This document shows, piece by piece, positions 51,888-61,915 of a DNA stretch of 64,000 nucleotides. The DNA comes from Vulcanimicrobiota bacterium (GTDB lineage: Bacteria > Vulcanimicrobiota > Xenobia > Xenobiales > JADMJV01): NCBI GenBank assembly GCA_050250895.1, contig JBFWNU010000004.1, forward strand, positions 160,001 through 224,000, read 5' to 3'. Position 1 is the first letter of the stretch; each line of letters begins with the position of its first letter. Position numbers and translations under genes: made by a program. Under the pieces are notes generated by a model. The model saw only the letters and a program-made list of their open reading frames with translations. It had not been told where the DNA came from and did no database searches.

Positions 51888-51982
51888 CCTTACTTCCAGG
51901 TGGCCGCCTCTTTGACGTAGCCGGCCGATGTCCTACGGGGCTGGTCTGCAGGAAGAGCAGTTCCTGAGGCCAATCCCTGGCG

Positions 51983-52822
51983 ATGACTCTGTCGCCCGGC
52001 TATCGCAGTGACCCCATCCGGCAAACCACTGTCAGGGTTGCCACCTGGAATCTTTGGTGGCGCTTCGGAGACCGCTTCAAAGAGCGACAGAACGCCATCC
52101 TACGGGTCTTAAAGCGCGTCGACCCCGACCTGGTTTCGCTCCAGGAAGTATGGGAGAGTGAAAAAGCCTGCCAGGCCGAGCTGTTGGCTCGCTCTCTCGG
52201 CTACCACTGGCGCTACGCCGCGGCCTCGTCGATCGGCGGCGTCGGCTTCGGCAATGCCATCCTGAGTCGCTGGCCCATCACCGCCTGGGAGCGCCACCTT
52301 CTGCCCTCGCAACCCAGCCGAGACGGGGGTCGCAACTGCGGCTACGTCACGGCCGAGGTCGACGGCCCGCGCGGCCCCCTGCGCCTCTACAGCACCCACC
52401 TGAGCTACAAACCCGAAGAGAGCGACATCCGCCAGCTTCAGGTGACCCATCTCTGCCGCGATCTGGCCTCGCGTCCCCCGTTGGCTATGCCACCGATCCT
52501 GGCCGGCGACTTCAATGCCGTGCCCGAGTCTGACGAAGTCCGCATGCTAACCGGCAAACGCGCCGTGCCGGTGCCCGGCCACGCCTACTATGACGCCTGG
52601 GAAGTCGTCTGCCCCACCGACCCCGGCTTCACCTGGGAACGCACCAACCCTTACACGCACGCGGCTCTCGAGCCCGACCGGCGGCTCGACTACGTGTTTT
52701 GCGGCCGCCCTCGCCCCGACGGAGCCGGACACGCACTGAGCGCCGTCCGCTTCGGGCTCGAACCGGTAGGCGACGTCTACCCCTCCGACCACTACGGCGT
52801 GCTGGTCGAACTTCGCTACTGA
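51983..52822 (+). CDS. endonuclease/exonuclease/phosphatase (EEP) family
   Basis: ATWNL, LQEV, THL, GDFN, RLDYVF, PSDH. Confidence 0.9.
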   Translation: MTLSPGYRSDPIRQTTVRVATWNLWWRFGDRFKERQNAILRVLKRVDPDLVSLQEVWESEKACQAELLARSLGYHWRYAAASSIGGVGFGNAILSRWPITAWERHLLPSQPSRDGGRNCGYVTAEVDGPRGPLRLYSTHLSYKPEESDIRQLQVTHLCRDLASRPPLAMPPILAGDFNAVPESDEVRMLTGKRAVPVPGHAYYDAWEVVCPTDPGFTWERTNPYTHAALEPDRRLDYVFCGRPRPDGAGHALSAVRFGLEPVGDVYPSDHYGVLVELRY

Positions 52823-55155
52823 GACCGACGCAGGTTGTCGAGGGGCATCATCCGGGCCGTCTCTCGCGCCTCGAGGTTGAGCCCACCCTGGTCCGGAACC
52901 GAGCCCTTCATTTGAAAGGTGAGGTTCCCGCCGGCCTCGACCACCATCGCCGGCAACAGGTGGGTGGCCACAGGATTCTGATAGACCCCGTCGGCCGACC
53001 TCGGCATCAAAGAGAAGCGCACGTTCGATAGCCGCAACGAGACCTCGTTGTCGTTGTGAAGAACGATCTTGACCGTGTCGTTCCCGAGCGAGCGACATTC
53101 GACCAATCGCAACCGAGTCAGATCGGTCAGGGGAAGCACCTGAACGGAAATCGACTGGCCGCTGGACAACTCCAAGAGGTAGTTGCCCGGATAGACCGGA
53201 GCACTTAGAATCAAGCCATCGCGGCGAGACTGATAGATCCAGTCAGAACTCCAGGAAAGGTTAGGGTCGGTGCGCTTCCACCGTAGGCGAAGCACGCCCT
53301 CGAAGTCGGGGCACCAGCTGTCTAGAAGCTTGACCGTATTCGGATAGACACGGAGCTGATCGGGGGGCGAGCCGATCGGACCCACGCTGGGGGTCTGAGG
53401 GTCGGCCACCGAGACCTTCCAGAGGCTCGCCTCTCCCTGCTCGCTCACTTTCTGGGCACAGTTGGAGAAATCGGCAGACCGGTTCGTCAGCAGCCAGGTG
53501 ACCCCGGTCTCGGCCACGGCGGCCGGATCTTTCAAGACCCAGAACGCGTGCGCGTTGAGAGTCGGCCGGAACGGAGGTCGGCCCACGAAATCACCGATGA
53601 GAGGAAAGGCACGCCCGGTCATCTTGCGCCCCGACAGACCCACCACGGCCGCGTCCCCCTCCATGGAATCGTCATCCTCCTGGTCAGGCATGGTATCGCG
53701 CCAGACCAGATCGCCGGCCGCCGAGAGGCGACGCAGCTCGCTGCAGAGTTCGAATTCGCCGGGTCGCAGACGCAACTGAGATTGGTGGCGAGCACACCAG
53801 CGGGCCGGCGACGGCCAGTCGAGCTTCCAGTCGATATGGCCCAGGCGATAGAACCCGGGCCAGCAACAGATCAGGACCAGCACCCACCCCCAGCGGTAAC
53901 GGGCCAGGACCCTGCCCAGACAAGCTCCGAAACCCAGACCCGCGGCCAGTTCCCAACGATAGTATTCTCCTTCGTAGACGGGGCCAAAGTCGACCAGAGC
54001 CGGGGTCAGATAGGCCAGCAAGCCCAGACACCACCACCTTCGGTCCTCACGTTCGCCCAGATAGAAGGTGAGCGGAGCGAGCCACAGCGGAAACCAATGC
54101 AAGCAGAGCACCGACCATGAAAAGACCGACGCGTAGAAGCGCGGTCGATTGTCGTTGTTAAATCCGAGTTGGGGAATACTGGTCAACCCCAACGAGACTC
54201 TCCAGTATGCCCAGGGCTGCAAATGGATGCGGAGGAACTGCTGTTTAGGAAATCGGACCGAAAACTGCTGCTGCTGCGAGGCTTGCTCGGGGGCCAGCGA
54301 GGTTTTGCGCGAGACCAGTTGACGGAGCGGTCCGCCCTGCAGGGGCAAGAGCACCACCAGGATGAGTAGCCCCGTCGCCACTTTGCGATCGAGCTTGGCT
54401 CCCCACAGCCAGACCGGAACGAGCAGGCAAACGTAGAGTGGAAAAACCAGGCCCAAGGCCAACAGACACCAGATGGCCCGGGCCGATCTCCTCTCGAGCC
54501 AATACCAGCTGACCAGCAGCAACAAATGGGCCAGCGAGGCGTGATGAAAGAAGTGGTCTAGCAAGCCGCTCCATCCTCCCACCCCCAGGCCCAGAAAGAG
54601 CAAGCTGGTCGTGAGCATTCCGGCCCGCGGCGACTCTTTCGAGAAGACCAGATACGACTGCCACACCGTCAGCACCTGAAAAGCCACGTTGCTCATCATG
54701 CCGGCCGTCAAGACCGGTAAGCCGGTGGCCCTGGCCAGGGCCGCGACCACCAGATTGCGTCCGTACTGTCCCCCCAGGGGCACGTCGACAAAAAACGGAT
54801 GCGACGCCGGCAGGCCATTCTCGTAGAGGAGTGACTGCTGGGGGAAGTCTAGCCAGAAGTCGTAGGGAACGCGCTGCCAATACCAGGAAAGGGCATAGGC
54901 GCCGGCCAGCAACGAGCCGGCTCCCAAAAAGCAAAGTTCTTGCCAGGCGAATTCGCGCTCGTCCCCCACCGGCCAGCCTGCGGCCAACACCAGGGCCACC
55001 CCGGCCACCACTAGCGCCGCCGCCCAGTTGCTGACCGAAAGCACGGCGTTAAGGCTGACCGCCACCGCGGCCAGGCCTACCCCGAGTCGGGGCACCAGCT
55101 GAGGAGAGCGCACCAGCAAGCGGCGCGCCGTGGCCAGAAACCTCCTTGTCACCAA
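52816..55155 (-). CDS. polytopic GT-C-like membrane protein (paralog A)
   Basis: About 12 TM; YDFWLDFP..HPFF..YGR, FPK, HW.P..LAPL, TPALV.FGP.YE.EY.RW shared with 55947 gene. Confidence 0.6.
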   Translation of the reverse strand: MVTRRFLATARRLLVRSPQLVPRLGVGLAAVAVSLNAVLSVSNWAAALVVAGVALVLAAGWPVGDEREFAWQELCFLGAGSLLAGAYALSWYWQRVPYDFWLDFPQQSLLYENGLPASHPFFVDVPLGGQYGRNLVVAALARATGLPVLTAGMMSNVAFQVLTVWQSYLVFSKESPRAGMLTTSLLFLGLGVGGWSGLLDHFFHHASLAHLLLLVSWYWLERRSARAIWCLLALGLVFPLYVCLLVPVWLWGAKLDRKVATGLLILVVLLPLQGGPLRQLVSRKTSLAPEQASQQQQFSVRFPKQQFLRIHLQPWAYWRVSLGLTSIPQLGFNNDNRPRFYASVFSWSVLCLHWFPLWLAPLTFYLGEREDRRWWCLGLLAYLTPALVDFGPVYEGEYYRWELAAGLGFGACLGRVLARYRWGWVLVLICCWPGFYRLGHIDWKLDWPSPARWCARHQSQLRLRPGEFELCSELRRLSAAGDLVWRDTMPDQEDDDSMEGDAAVVGLSGRKMTGRAFPLIGDFVGRPPFRPTLNAHAFWVLKDPAAVAETGVTWLLTNRSADFSNCAQKVSEQGEASLWKVSVADPQTPSVGPIGSPPDQLRVYPNTVKLLDSWCPDFEGVLRLRWKRTDPNLSWSSDWIYQSRRDGLILSAPVYPGNYLLELSSGQSISVQVLPLTDLTRLRLVECRSLGNDTVKIVLHNDNEVSLRLSNVRFSLMPRSADGVYQNPVATHLLPAMVVEAGGNLTFQMKGSVPDQGGLNLEARETARMMPLDNLRRSQ

Positions 55156-55174
55156 AACCCTTCCCTAAAACACG

Positions 55175-55204
55175 AAAGACTTGTGGCCTGGCCACAAGTC
55201 TTTT
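55175..55204. terminator. bidirectional hairpin terminator
   Basis: AAAGACTTGTGGC-CTG-GCCACAAGTCTTTT. Confidence 0.8.
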
Positions 55205-55229
55205 GATCGAGCTTACCGACTAGTTCGTG

Positions 55230-55808
55230 TTATGGCTGCTGGTAGGGGCCGTAGCCGCCATAACCGCCATAGCCTCCATAACCACCGTAGCCGCCATAGC
55301 CGCCGTAGCCACCATAACCACCATAGCCGCCGTTGTTGGGCGGGGCGGGAGTGAAGGTGCCAGTGTAGACTTGCAGCGTCACGGCCGTGCCGGTTCCGAC
55401 GGTGTTTGTCCCGATGCTGTTGATGGCGACGTTGGGCACGAACACCTGTCCCGACGGAGCACCGTTATTGAAGGCAGACACTACGATGTCGTAACTCCCG
55501 AGGGGAATCCCGGTCACCACCAGGGTCTGGAGATTCTGCGTCAGGTCGGCCGCAAAATAGAACGACCCTCCCCCGACCAGAGTGTTGGTCCCCGGCAGCA
55601 GGATGCTGACCGCATAGGTATCGGCAGCGGCGAAGCCCTGCTGGACCGTCTGCGCGAAGACGTTGTTGCGCTGGAAGGCTACTTGCAGATTGCCGGTCGT
55701 GGCTGTGCTGCCGCTGACTTCAGGGTCGTTGCTATCTTCACAGCCTGCCAAAGCCAAAAGCATCAGGGCAATCAGGGCACCTGCAAGGCCCAGGTGTAAT
55801 CTCTTCAT
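55230..55808 (-). CDS. lipoprotein with Ig-like domain and C-terminal (GGY)9-GPY tail
   Basis: GGAGG RBS, LAGC lipobox, 192 aa; GGY repeats at 55251-55331. Confidence 0.88.
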   Translation of the reverse strand: MKRLHLGLAGALIALMLLALAGCEDSNDPEVSGSTATTGNLQVAFQRNNVFAQTVQQGFAAADTYAVSILLPGTNTLVGGGSFYFAADLTQNLQTLVVTGIPLGSYDIVVSAFNNGAPSGQVFVPNVAINSIGTNTVGTGTAVTLQVYTGTFTPAPPNNGGYGGYGGYGGYGGYGGYGGYGGYGGYGPYQQP

Positions 55809-55946
55809 GAAACCTCCGGATCGGTAGTCGCGATCGCTTCGCAATGAGTCAACTTTCATCCTTCCAAGAATTCCCATAGTAGGTGCAGGTCTTGGGAAGG
55901 AATCGAACAATGTTGCCTCGATGACCGAGAGGCCCTCAAGCAAGCG

Positions 55947-58217
55947 ATGATGTTGCTCCTGGCGGTGCCCGTCTGCGGCTGGCTGGTGGTCCGCCGGCTG
56001 CTGCACGAGTCAAGCCCGCTACTGGCGCTGGCGCTGACTGGCATGCTGTCTTGTCTGACCTGGCTTTCGCTGGCCAACCTGAGCTTGGCCACCAGCCTTT
56101 CGGCTTTGCCGTTCGCCCTGGCCATAGCCTACCTGGGGAAGAGAACCTCCTCCCCTCCTCCGCTTGAGAAGCCCGACTTCTCGTGGCCCACCACCGTCTT
56201 TTTGACCTGGGTGGGCATGATCATTTTCGGCTATACCGCCGCCTTCCAGAATCTCTACCTCGAAGACGACTACTGGATCCACTTTCCCCTGATGGGATTG
56301 CTCAAGAGTGATGGCCTACCGGTGCTTCATCCCTTTTTTGCCGAGATCGAGATGCATGGCCACTACGGCCGCGATCTGCTGGTAGCAACCCTGGCCCGCC
56401 TCGCCCACGCTCCCATCCTGCCGACCCTGTTCTGGTCCCAAATCCTAATGCAACTGTGCAGCCTGCTGAGTTTGATAGGGCTGACCTGGCGCAGCACCCG
56501 CAATGAACTTTCCACTTGCCTGGCCGTCCTGTTCGTCTTTGTCGGGATCAACGTGGGAGGACGGGGGGGGCTGATGGATTGCTTTCAGAACAACAACAGC
56601 TTCGCCTATGCCGTCACGCTGACGATGTTGCACCTGGTGTTTCTGGTGTACGACCGGGCGACCACCCCCAGAATCGTGACGGCCGGCTTGTGCCTGGGCG
56701 TCTTCGCCCTCGTCTACGAAACCCACTTTGGTCTGGTCGGTCTGGTGCTGCTGGGTCTGGTGTTGGCCACCCGCCGTCGAGAATTTGCGGCCATCGGCGC
56801 CCTTGGCCTGGTGCTGGCGGCTGTGGCCGGGGGGCCCATCACCCATCTTGTGCAAGAGCGTCTGCACCCCACCCAAAGAGAATGGACGCCGGGCGAACTC
56901 AATCAGCACCAGGTCATCAAGCTCACCTTCCCCAAGAAAGAACTCTTTCAGATTCAGCTTGCCTACGGCAGCTATCAGCGAAAGTCGTGCGCCTACGCGG
57001 TGCTTCCCGCGCTGGATCGCTTCACTACGATAGCGGCGGGCACTCCCTACCGCCCTATCTGGAGCTGGGATGTGTTGATGATCCACTGGCTCCCGACTCT
57101 GCTGGCCCCCTTGAGCCTGCTGGTGCTGGCCCGCTCACCGCCCAATCCCCTGGGTCTCGCCTTCTTGGGCTTTGGCGCAGTCGCCTTTCTTACTCCCGCC
57201 CTGGTCCATTTTGGTCCCATCTACGAATTCGAGTATTTCCGGTGGCAATTCGCGGCAGGATTTGGCTTCGCAGCGGCCTTCGGCATGGCCGCAGGCCTGG
57301 CTCTCAAAGACGCTTCGGGCCCGCTAAAAGTGGCGGTGGTGGTGCTGCTCGTCAGCCTGGAAGTGGCCCCCAGCCTGTTGCTCTTCGTCCTTCCCCTCGG
57401 CCGCGACTTGCAAGCCCGAGGAAGCCTGGCCGATCTGGTGAGACCCCGCAGTCAAGTCGTCCAACTCGGAGCCCTTGGCCATCAACTTGGCAACTTCAAC
57501 TACATCGACTACGTGGCCGCCCGAACCCTCAAAAAGATGTCCGAACCTGGTCAGAACCTCATCGTGAATGCGTCCTGTGGAAGCTCCTGGGACCTCTTCT
57601 TCGAGTCGACTCTGATCGCGCTTTCGGGCCGGCGCTCGGTGGGTCATTCGCTGCCCTGGCCCCAGGAACCGGTGGGCACTCCACCCTACCACCGAAGCCT
57701 GCCGGCCCATGCCTTCTGGGTCGCCCCCAGCGAAACCTTGCTGGGGCAGCTTCAGGTCGATTTCGTCTATCTGCGGCCGGGAGCCGACCAGCAGTTCGAA
57801 CTGCGCCGCTGGTTCGATTCCCATTGCGACCTGGCATGGGCTTACGGCGACTACCGGATCTGGCGCACCGGCGTGCCCCACCAGCCCCTGCGGGGAGTGG
57901 CCGCCACCAAAAGCCAGGTAAAGCCACCGAAACTGCGAGGCATCCCTGAGCAACTGCCCACCGCCGACCCGTTCGAGTTCTCGCTCGAGTCCACCGGCCA
58001 AACCTGGGCCTGGGCCATCGTCCCGGCCGAGGCCGGGCCCGAGGCCGTCGATCTCCACGAAGTGGTGTCCTGGGTCGAAGGCCCTTGCCTGGGGGTCACG
58101 CCACCCGTGGCCGGAGCCTTCGAACTGCGTTTGTTCGAGGTCAAGAACGGCCTGCTGTACCCCACCGACGAGGCCGTGCGTCTCGAAGTCCGCGAGCGGA
58201 TCCCCCCCGGCCCTTAA
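55947..58217 (+). CDS. polytopic GT-C-like membrane protein (paralog B)
   Basis: EDDYWIH acidic motif in first external loop, multiple TM, motifs shared with paralog A. Confidence 0.65.
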   Translation: MMLLLAVPVCGWLVVRRLLHESSPLLALALTGMLSCLTWLSLANLSLATSLSALPFALAIAYLGKRTSSPPPLEKPDFSWPTTVFLTWVGMIIFGYTAAFQNLYLEDDYWIHFPLMGLLKSDGLPVLHPFFAEIEMHGHYGRDLLVATLARLAHAPILPTLFWSQILMQLCSLLSLIGLTWRSTRNELSTCLAVLFVFVGINVGGRGGLMDCFQNNNSFAYAVTLTMLHLVFLVYDRATTPRIVTAGLCLGVFALVYETHFGLVGLVLLGLVLATRRREFAAIGALGLVLAAVAGGPITHLVQERLHPTQREWTPGELNQHQVIKLTFPKKELFQIQLAYGSYQRKSCAYAVLPALDRFTTIAAGTPYRPIWSWDVLMIHWLPTLLAPLSLLVLARSPPNPLGLAFLGFGAVAFLTPALVHFGPIYEFEYFRWQFAAGFGFAAAFGMAAGLALKDASGPLKVAVVVLLVSLEVAPSLLLFVLPLGRDLQARGSLADLVRPRSQVVQLGALGHQLGNFNYIDYVAARTLKKMSEPGQNLIVNASCGSSWDLFFESTLIALSGRRSVGHSLPWPQEPVGTPPYHRSLPAHAFWVAPSETLLGQLQVDFVYLRPGADQQFELRRWFDSHCDLAWAYGDYRIWRTGVPHQPLRGVAATKSQVKPPKLRGIPEQLPTADPFEFSLESTGQTWAWAIVPAEAGPEAVDLHEVVSWVEGPCLGVTPPVAGAFELRLFEVKNGLLYPTDEAVRLEVRERIPPGP

Positions 58218-59047
58218 GGCCCGATGGCGCGCATCCAGTTGGTGAACTCCAGGCAACGAATCCGGTCATCGAGAATATCCTCGTCCAGCGAGAGCAAGAA
58301 GCGCAGATCCTTGCGATGCGGCTCGAGCCCCAGGGCCTCCATGGCGCGGGCGAACACTTCGAGCGAGGGAACATCCGGAAAGAAGCCCTCGCTGATCAGC
58401 GCCTGCTGACGGGCCAGGATGAGTCGACCCATATCCACCAACGAGAACTCGGGATGGTACTGGGTGGCCCAGAAGTCCCCCTTGAGGTAGCGCACCGTCA
58501 TGGCCTGGATGGCCGTGAAGTCGTTGCCTCCCAGTACCTGCGAGCCCTCGGGCGGGTCGATGACCTCGTCGAGATGCGAGATGAAGGCGTCAAAAACGGC
58601 CGGCTTACCCGCGAACATGGGGTGGGACAGCCCGGCCTCGTGGAGGCGAATCTTGCGAGCCACCGACACTTCGCGACCCCTGGGATTGGCCTGCACCCGG
58701 CCCCCGGCGGCCACGGCCGCAATCTGGATGGCCCAGCAACTGCCGTACTGGGGCACTCCGGCCGCAAAGGCGCGCCGGGAGAGTTCGACCTGACGGTCGA
58801 CCCGCTCGTCGGCAGGAGTGTGGATGCACAGGCTGCAGCCAGTCCACATGACCCCGGCGAACTGACCTAGCTCGTCCTGGCTGGGCAGGTCGGGTTGGTC
58901 GCTCGGATAGAGCACCTCGTGGCCGTGGCCCCCGTTGTGGCGCTCGAGCATGTCGGCGAACATCTTCCAGGCCGGCCGCACCCCCACCGACACCAGCTGT
59001 TCTCTTCCCTCGGCCGGATAGCCGTCAACGATCAGGAATTTTCCCAT
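58214..59047 (-). CDS. type 1 glutamine amidotransferase (GMP-synthase-like)
   Basis: GSCWAIQ, SHLDEV, QYHPE. Confidence 0.88.
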   Translation of the reverse strand: MGKFLIVDGYPAEGREQLVSVGVRPAWKMFADMLERHNGGHGHEVLYPSDQPDLPSQDELGQFAGVMWTGCSLCIHTPADERVDRQVELSRRAFAAGVPQYGSCWAIQIAAVAAGGRVQANPRGREVSVARKIRLHEAGLSHPMFAGKPAVFDAFISHLDEVIDPPEGSQVLGGNDFTAIQAMTVRYLKGDFWATQYHPEFSLVDMGRLILARQQALISEGFFPDVPSLEVFARAMEALGLEPHRKDLRFLLSLDEDILDDRIRCLEFTNWMRAIGP

Positions 59048-59146
59048 GGCGGCGGGGCGTTCTTCTCGCCGGGCCCGCCAACCTGCCGGCTCACGCAGGA
59101 GAAACGCCCATTTCGAGGGAACTGGGCGCCTCAAGCAGGGGGAGCC

Positions 59147-60775
59147 GTGAAGCTACGTTCAACCATCATCGGATTATCTGTGCTGGCCGTTTTGGTCTCG
59201 GGCTGCGATAGCCAGCGCGGCGACTTTGTCGTGAGCAACACCTCGCCAGGACCGTTCGAGGTCCGCCGGCTGGATGGTAGCCAGAACAACCTTTTCAATC
59301 CCCAACTGGGCACAGCCGGCAGCCGCCTGCTACGTGAAGTGCCGATAGCCTACGACGACATGATGGCCAGCCCTTCGGGGGTCAATCGCCCGGCCCCCCG
59401 CAACATCTCCAACACCTGCGTCTCGCAGGCCGCCGACATGCCCGACCCGACCGGTCACTCGGCCTACGTATGGGCCTGGGGCCAGTTCATCGACCACGAT
59501 CTGGATCTGACGGGCACGGGCAGCGAGGCCTTCGACATTCCCATCCCCGCCGGCGACCCGTTTTTCGACCCCTTCAACCTGGGCAACCTGGTGATGCCGT
59601 TCGCGCGCTCGGTGTTCGATCCTGACACGGGCACCGACCCATCCAACCCGCGCCAACAGATCAATCAGATTACGGCCTTTCTCGACGGCTCGGGGATCTA
59701 CGGTTCGGATGTCGACCGGGCCGCCGCCCTGCGCACCTTTGAAGGCGGCATGCTCAAGACCAGTGCCGGGGACCTGTTGCCCTTCAACCTCGACGGCCTG
59801 CCCAACGACGACCCTACCGGCCAACCCCCTACCAGCCTGTTTCTGGCTGGCGACCGTCGGGCCAACGAACAGATTGCCTTGACCAGCCTGCACACCCTGT
59901 TCGTGCGTGAGCATAACCGCCAGGCCCGGCTGCTGGGCCAGGCTTTAGTCGGCCTCAGCGACGAGCAGATCTACCAGCTGGCTCGCAAGCGCGTGGGAGC
60001 GCTGGTGCAGGTCGTCACCTATCAGGAGTTTCTGCCAGCGATTCTGGGTCCCGGGGCTTTACCGCCGTATACCGGCTACAACCCCAATATCGATCCCGGT
60101 ATCGACATTCTCTTTTCCACCGCCGCGTTTCGCTTTGGGCACAGCCTGGTGGGTCCCACCCTGCTGCGCCTGGATGCCAGCGGCCAGCCCATCGCGGCCG
60201 GCAATCTGGCCATTCGGGATGCGTTCTTCCAACCCACCCGGCTGGTGACCGAGGGCGGCATCGACCCGGTGCTGCGAGGGCTGGCAGCTACCCCCATGCA
60301 GCAGCTGGATCCCAACATCATCGATGACCTGCGCAGCTTTCTCTTCGGCCCTCCCGGCTCAGGCGGACTCGACCTGGCCTGCCTCAACATCCAGCGTGGC
60401 CGCGACCATGGCCTGCCCGACTTCAACACTGTTCGGGTCGCCTGTGGCTTGGCGCCCCTGGCCAGCTTCGCTCAGCTTACTGGCGATCAGGCCCGAGCTC
60501 AGGGGCTGGCCACTCTCTACGGCAGTCCCGACAATCTCGACCCGTGGGTTGGCTTTCTGGCCGAAGATCCGGCCCCCGGCGGCCTGGTCGGTCCCACCCT
60601 GAGAGTGGTGCTGATCAAGCAGTTTACCCGACTACGTGACGGAGACCGCTTCTTCTACGCCAACGACCCCAGCCTGGCCGCTTTCCGGGGGGAACTAGAA
60701 GCCACCACCCTGGCCGACATCATCGCTCGCAATACCGAGGCCACCATCCAGGGTGACGCATTCAAGACTCCCTAG
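59147..60775 (+). CDS. animal-type heme peroxidase lipoprotein (peroxidase-cyclooxygenase superfamily)
   Basis: VSGC lipobox; WGQFIDHD, RANE, REHN, AFRFGHS, NIQRGRDHG, RDGDRFFY. Confidence 0.92.
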   Translation: MKLRSTIIGLSVLAVLVSGCDSQRGDFVVSNTSPGPFEVRRLDGSQNNLFNPQLGTAGSRLLREVPIAYDDMMASPSGVNRPAPRNISNTCVSQAADMPDPTGHSAYVWAWGQFIDHDLDLTGTGSEAFDIPIPAGDPFFDPFNLGNLVMPFARSVFDPDTGTDPSNPRQQINQITAFLDGSGIYGSDVDRAAALRTFEGGMLKTSAGDLLPFNLDGLPNDDPTGQPPTSLFLAGDRRANEQIALTSLHTLFVREHNRQARLLGQALVGLSDEQIYQLARKRVGALVQVVTYQEFLPAILGPGALPPYTGYNPNIDPGIDILFSTAAFRFGHSLVGPTLLRLDASGQPIAAGNLAIRDAFFQPTRLVTEGGIDPVLRGLAATPMQQLDPNIIDDLRSFLFGPPGSGGLDLACLNIQRGRDHGLPDFNTVRVACGLAPLASFAQLTGDQARAQGLATLYGSPDNLDPWVGFLAEDPAPGGLVGPTLRVVLIKQFTRLRDGDRFFYANDPSLAAFRGELEATTLADIIARNTEATIQGDAFKTP

Positions 60776-60798
60776 CCATAGCTAGACTGGGGGTCGCT

Positions 60799-61617
60799 GT
60801 GCTACTGGCGACCTTGCTCGGCTGCTCGAACCCTGGCTACGAAGTCAAAGACGGAAGTGTCATCTATCGACAGCGGCAGAATGACGGCCAATTGCTGAGC
60901 CTTCCTATGCAGGCCGACTCGGCCACTTTTGAAATCCTCGACGCCCACTATGGTCGTGACAAATTCTCGGCCTTCTACCAGGCTGAACCACTTGACGGCA
61001 GCCTGCCCGACAGCTTTGTGGTGCTGACTTCGCCTTACTCGAAAGACGCTCAGAACGTGTATTACAAAGCAGAGAGGATCAGCCGCGACGCCCCTCGCTT
61101 TCAAATCCTGCAGGACGAATTCGCCAAAGACAGCCAGACCGTCTATTTTCGCTCCAGCCCCATCGAGGCCGACCCCGAGACCTTTCGCGTCTTACGTCCG
61201 GGCAGCGGTTATGCCACCGACGACACCAATGTCTTCTGGGCCCGCCTCAAGCTCGAGCGCTCGAGTCCGGCCAGTTTCGAACTGCTCAACCGCTACTACG
61301 CCCGCGACGAGCAGCAGGCCTGGTACCGGGGAAAGCCCCTACCCGAAGCAGACCCGGCCAATCTGGTCCTGATCGAAGACCACTATGCCAAGGACGGTCA
61401 CAACGTGTATTACCACGACCAACCGGTGGCCGGTGCTCTGGCCGAGAGCTTCGAGCCGCTCGCGGGCGGATACTTTCGCGATCAGGCCGCCGTCTATTTC
61501 GAAGGCCAGGTCATCCCAGGCGCGGACCGAGCGAGCTTCGAGGTCGATAGTGCACGCCCACACCGAGCCCGCGACAAAAATCGCACCTACGACAAAGGCA
61601 AGCCCAGCTCTTCCTAG
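60799..61617 (+). CDS. DKNYY-repeat lipoprotein
   Basis: LLGC lipobox; YAKD..VYY and AD..SF repeats. Confidence 0.85.
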   Translation: MLLATLLGCSNPGYEVKDGSVIYRQRQNDGQLLSLPMQADSATFEILDAHYGRDKFSAFYQAEPLDGSLPDSFVVLTSPYSKDAQNVYYKAERISRDAPRFQILQDEFAKDSQTVYFRSSPIEADPETFRVLRPGSGYATDDTNVFWARLKLERSSPASFELLNRYYARDEQQAWYRGKPLPEADPANLVLIEDHYAKDGHNVYYHDQPVAGALAESFEPLAGGYFRDQAAVYFEGQVIPGADRASFEVDSARPHRARDKNRTYDKGKPSSS

Positions 61618-61628
61618 AATTAGGCTGT

Positions 61629-61895
61629 ATGGGATTCGAGCTCGAAGGCAGCAAATTTCAGCTCAAAGATGTGCTGCTGCGCCCCGGCTGCATCGTCACC
61701 GTCCTGGGTTTTATCATCCTGGCCGTGGCCGTCGTGATCTATTCGCATCGCACCGGCAACGTCGACTACATGAACCACCCAGAGCAGATCGCCCGCCCCG
61801 GGGCCAATATCAAAATCATGGTCTGGATGGTGGGTGGCATCGTGGCTATGATCGTGGGGGCCCTGCTCTCGTTTTTGGATTTCACGCGCCGCTAG
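61629..61895 (+). CDS. small 2-TM protein
   Basis: 88 aa with two hydrophobic segments. Confidence 0.65.
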   Translation: MGFELEGSKFQLKDVLLRPGCIVTVLGFIILAVAVVIYSHRTGNVDYMNHPEQIARPGANIKIMVWMVGGIVAMIVGALLSFLDFTRR

Positions 61896-61915
61896 TCGGT
61901 TTTGGAGGGGGAAAC

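Noticed and set aside
55251-55331. 9-bp microsatellite / phase-variation tract
   Set aside because: Synonymous positions vary between units, indicating a protein-level repeat
58214-59047. GATase as part of the GGY/peroxidase system
   Set aside because: Ordinary cytoplasmic stand-alone GATase; only proximity supports a link
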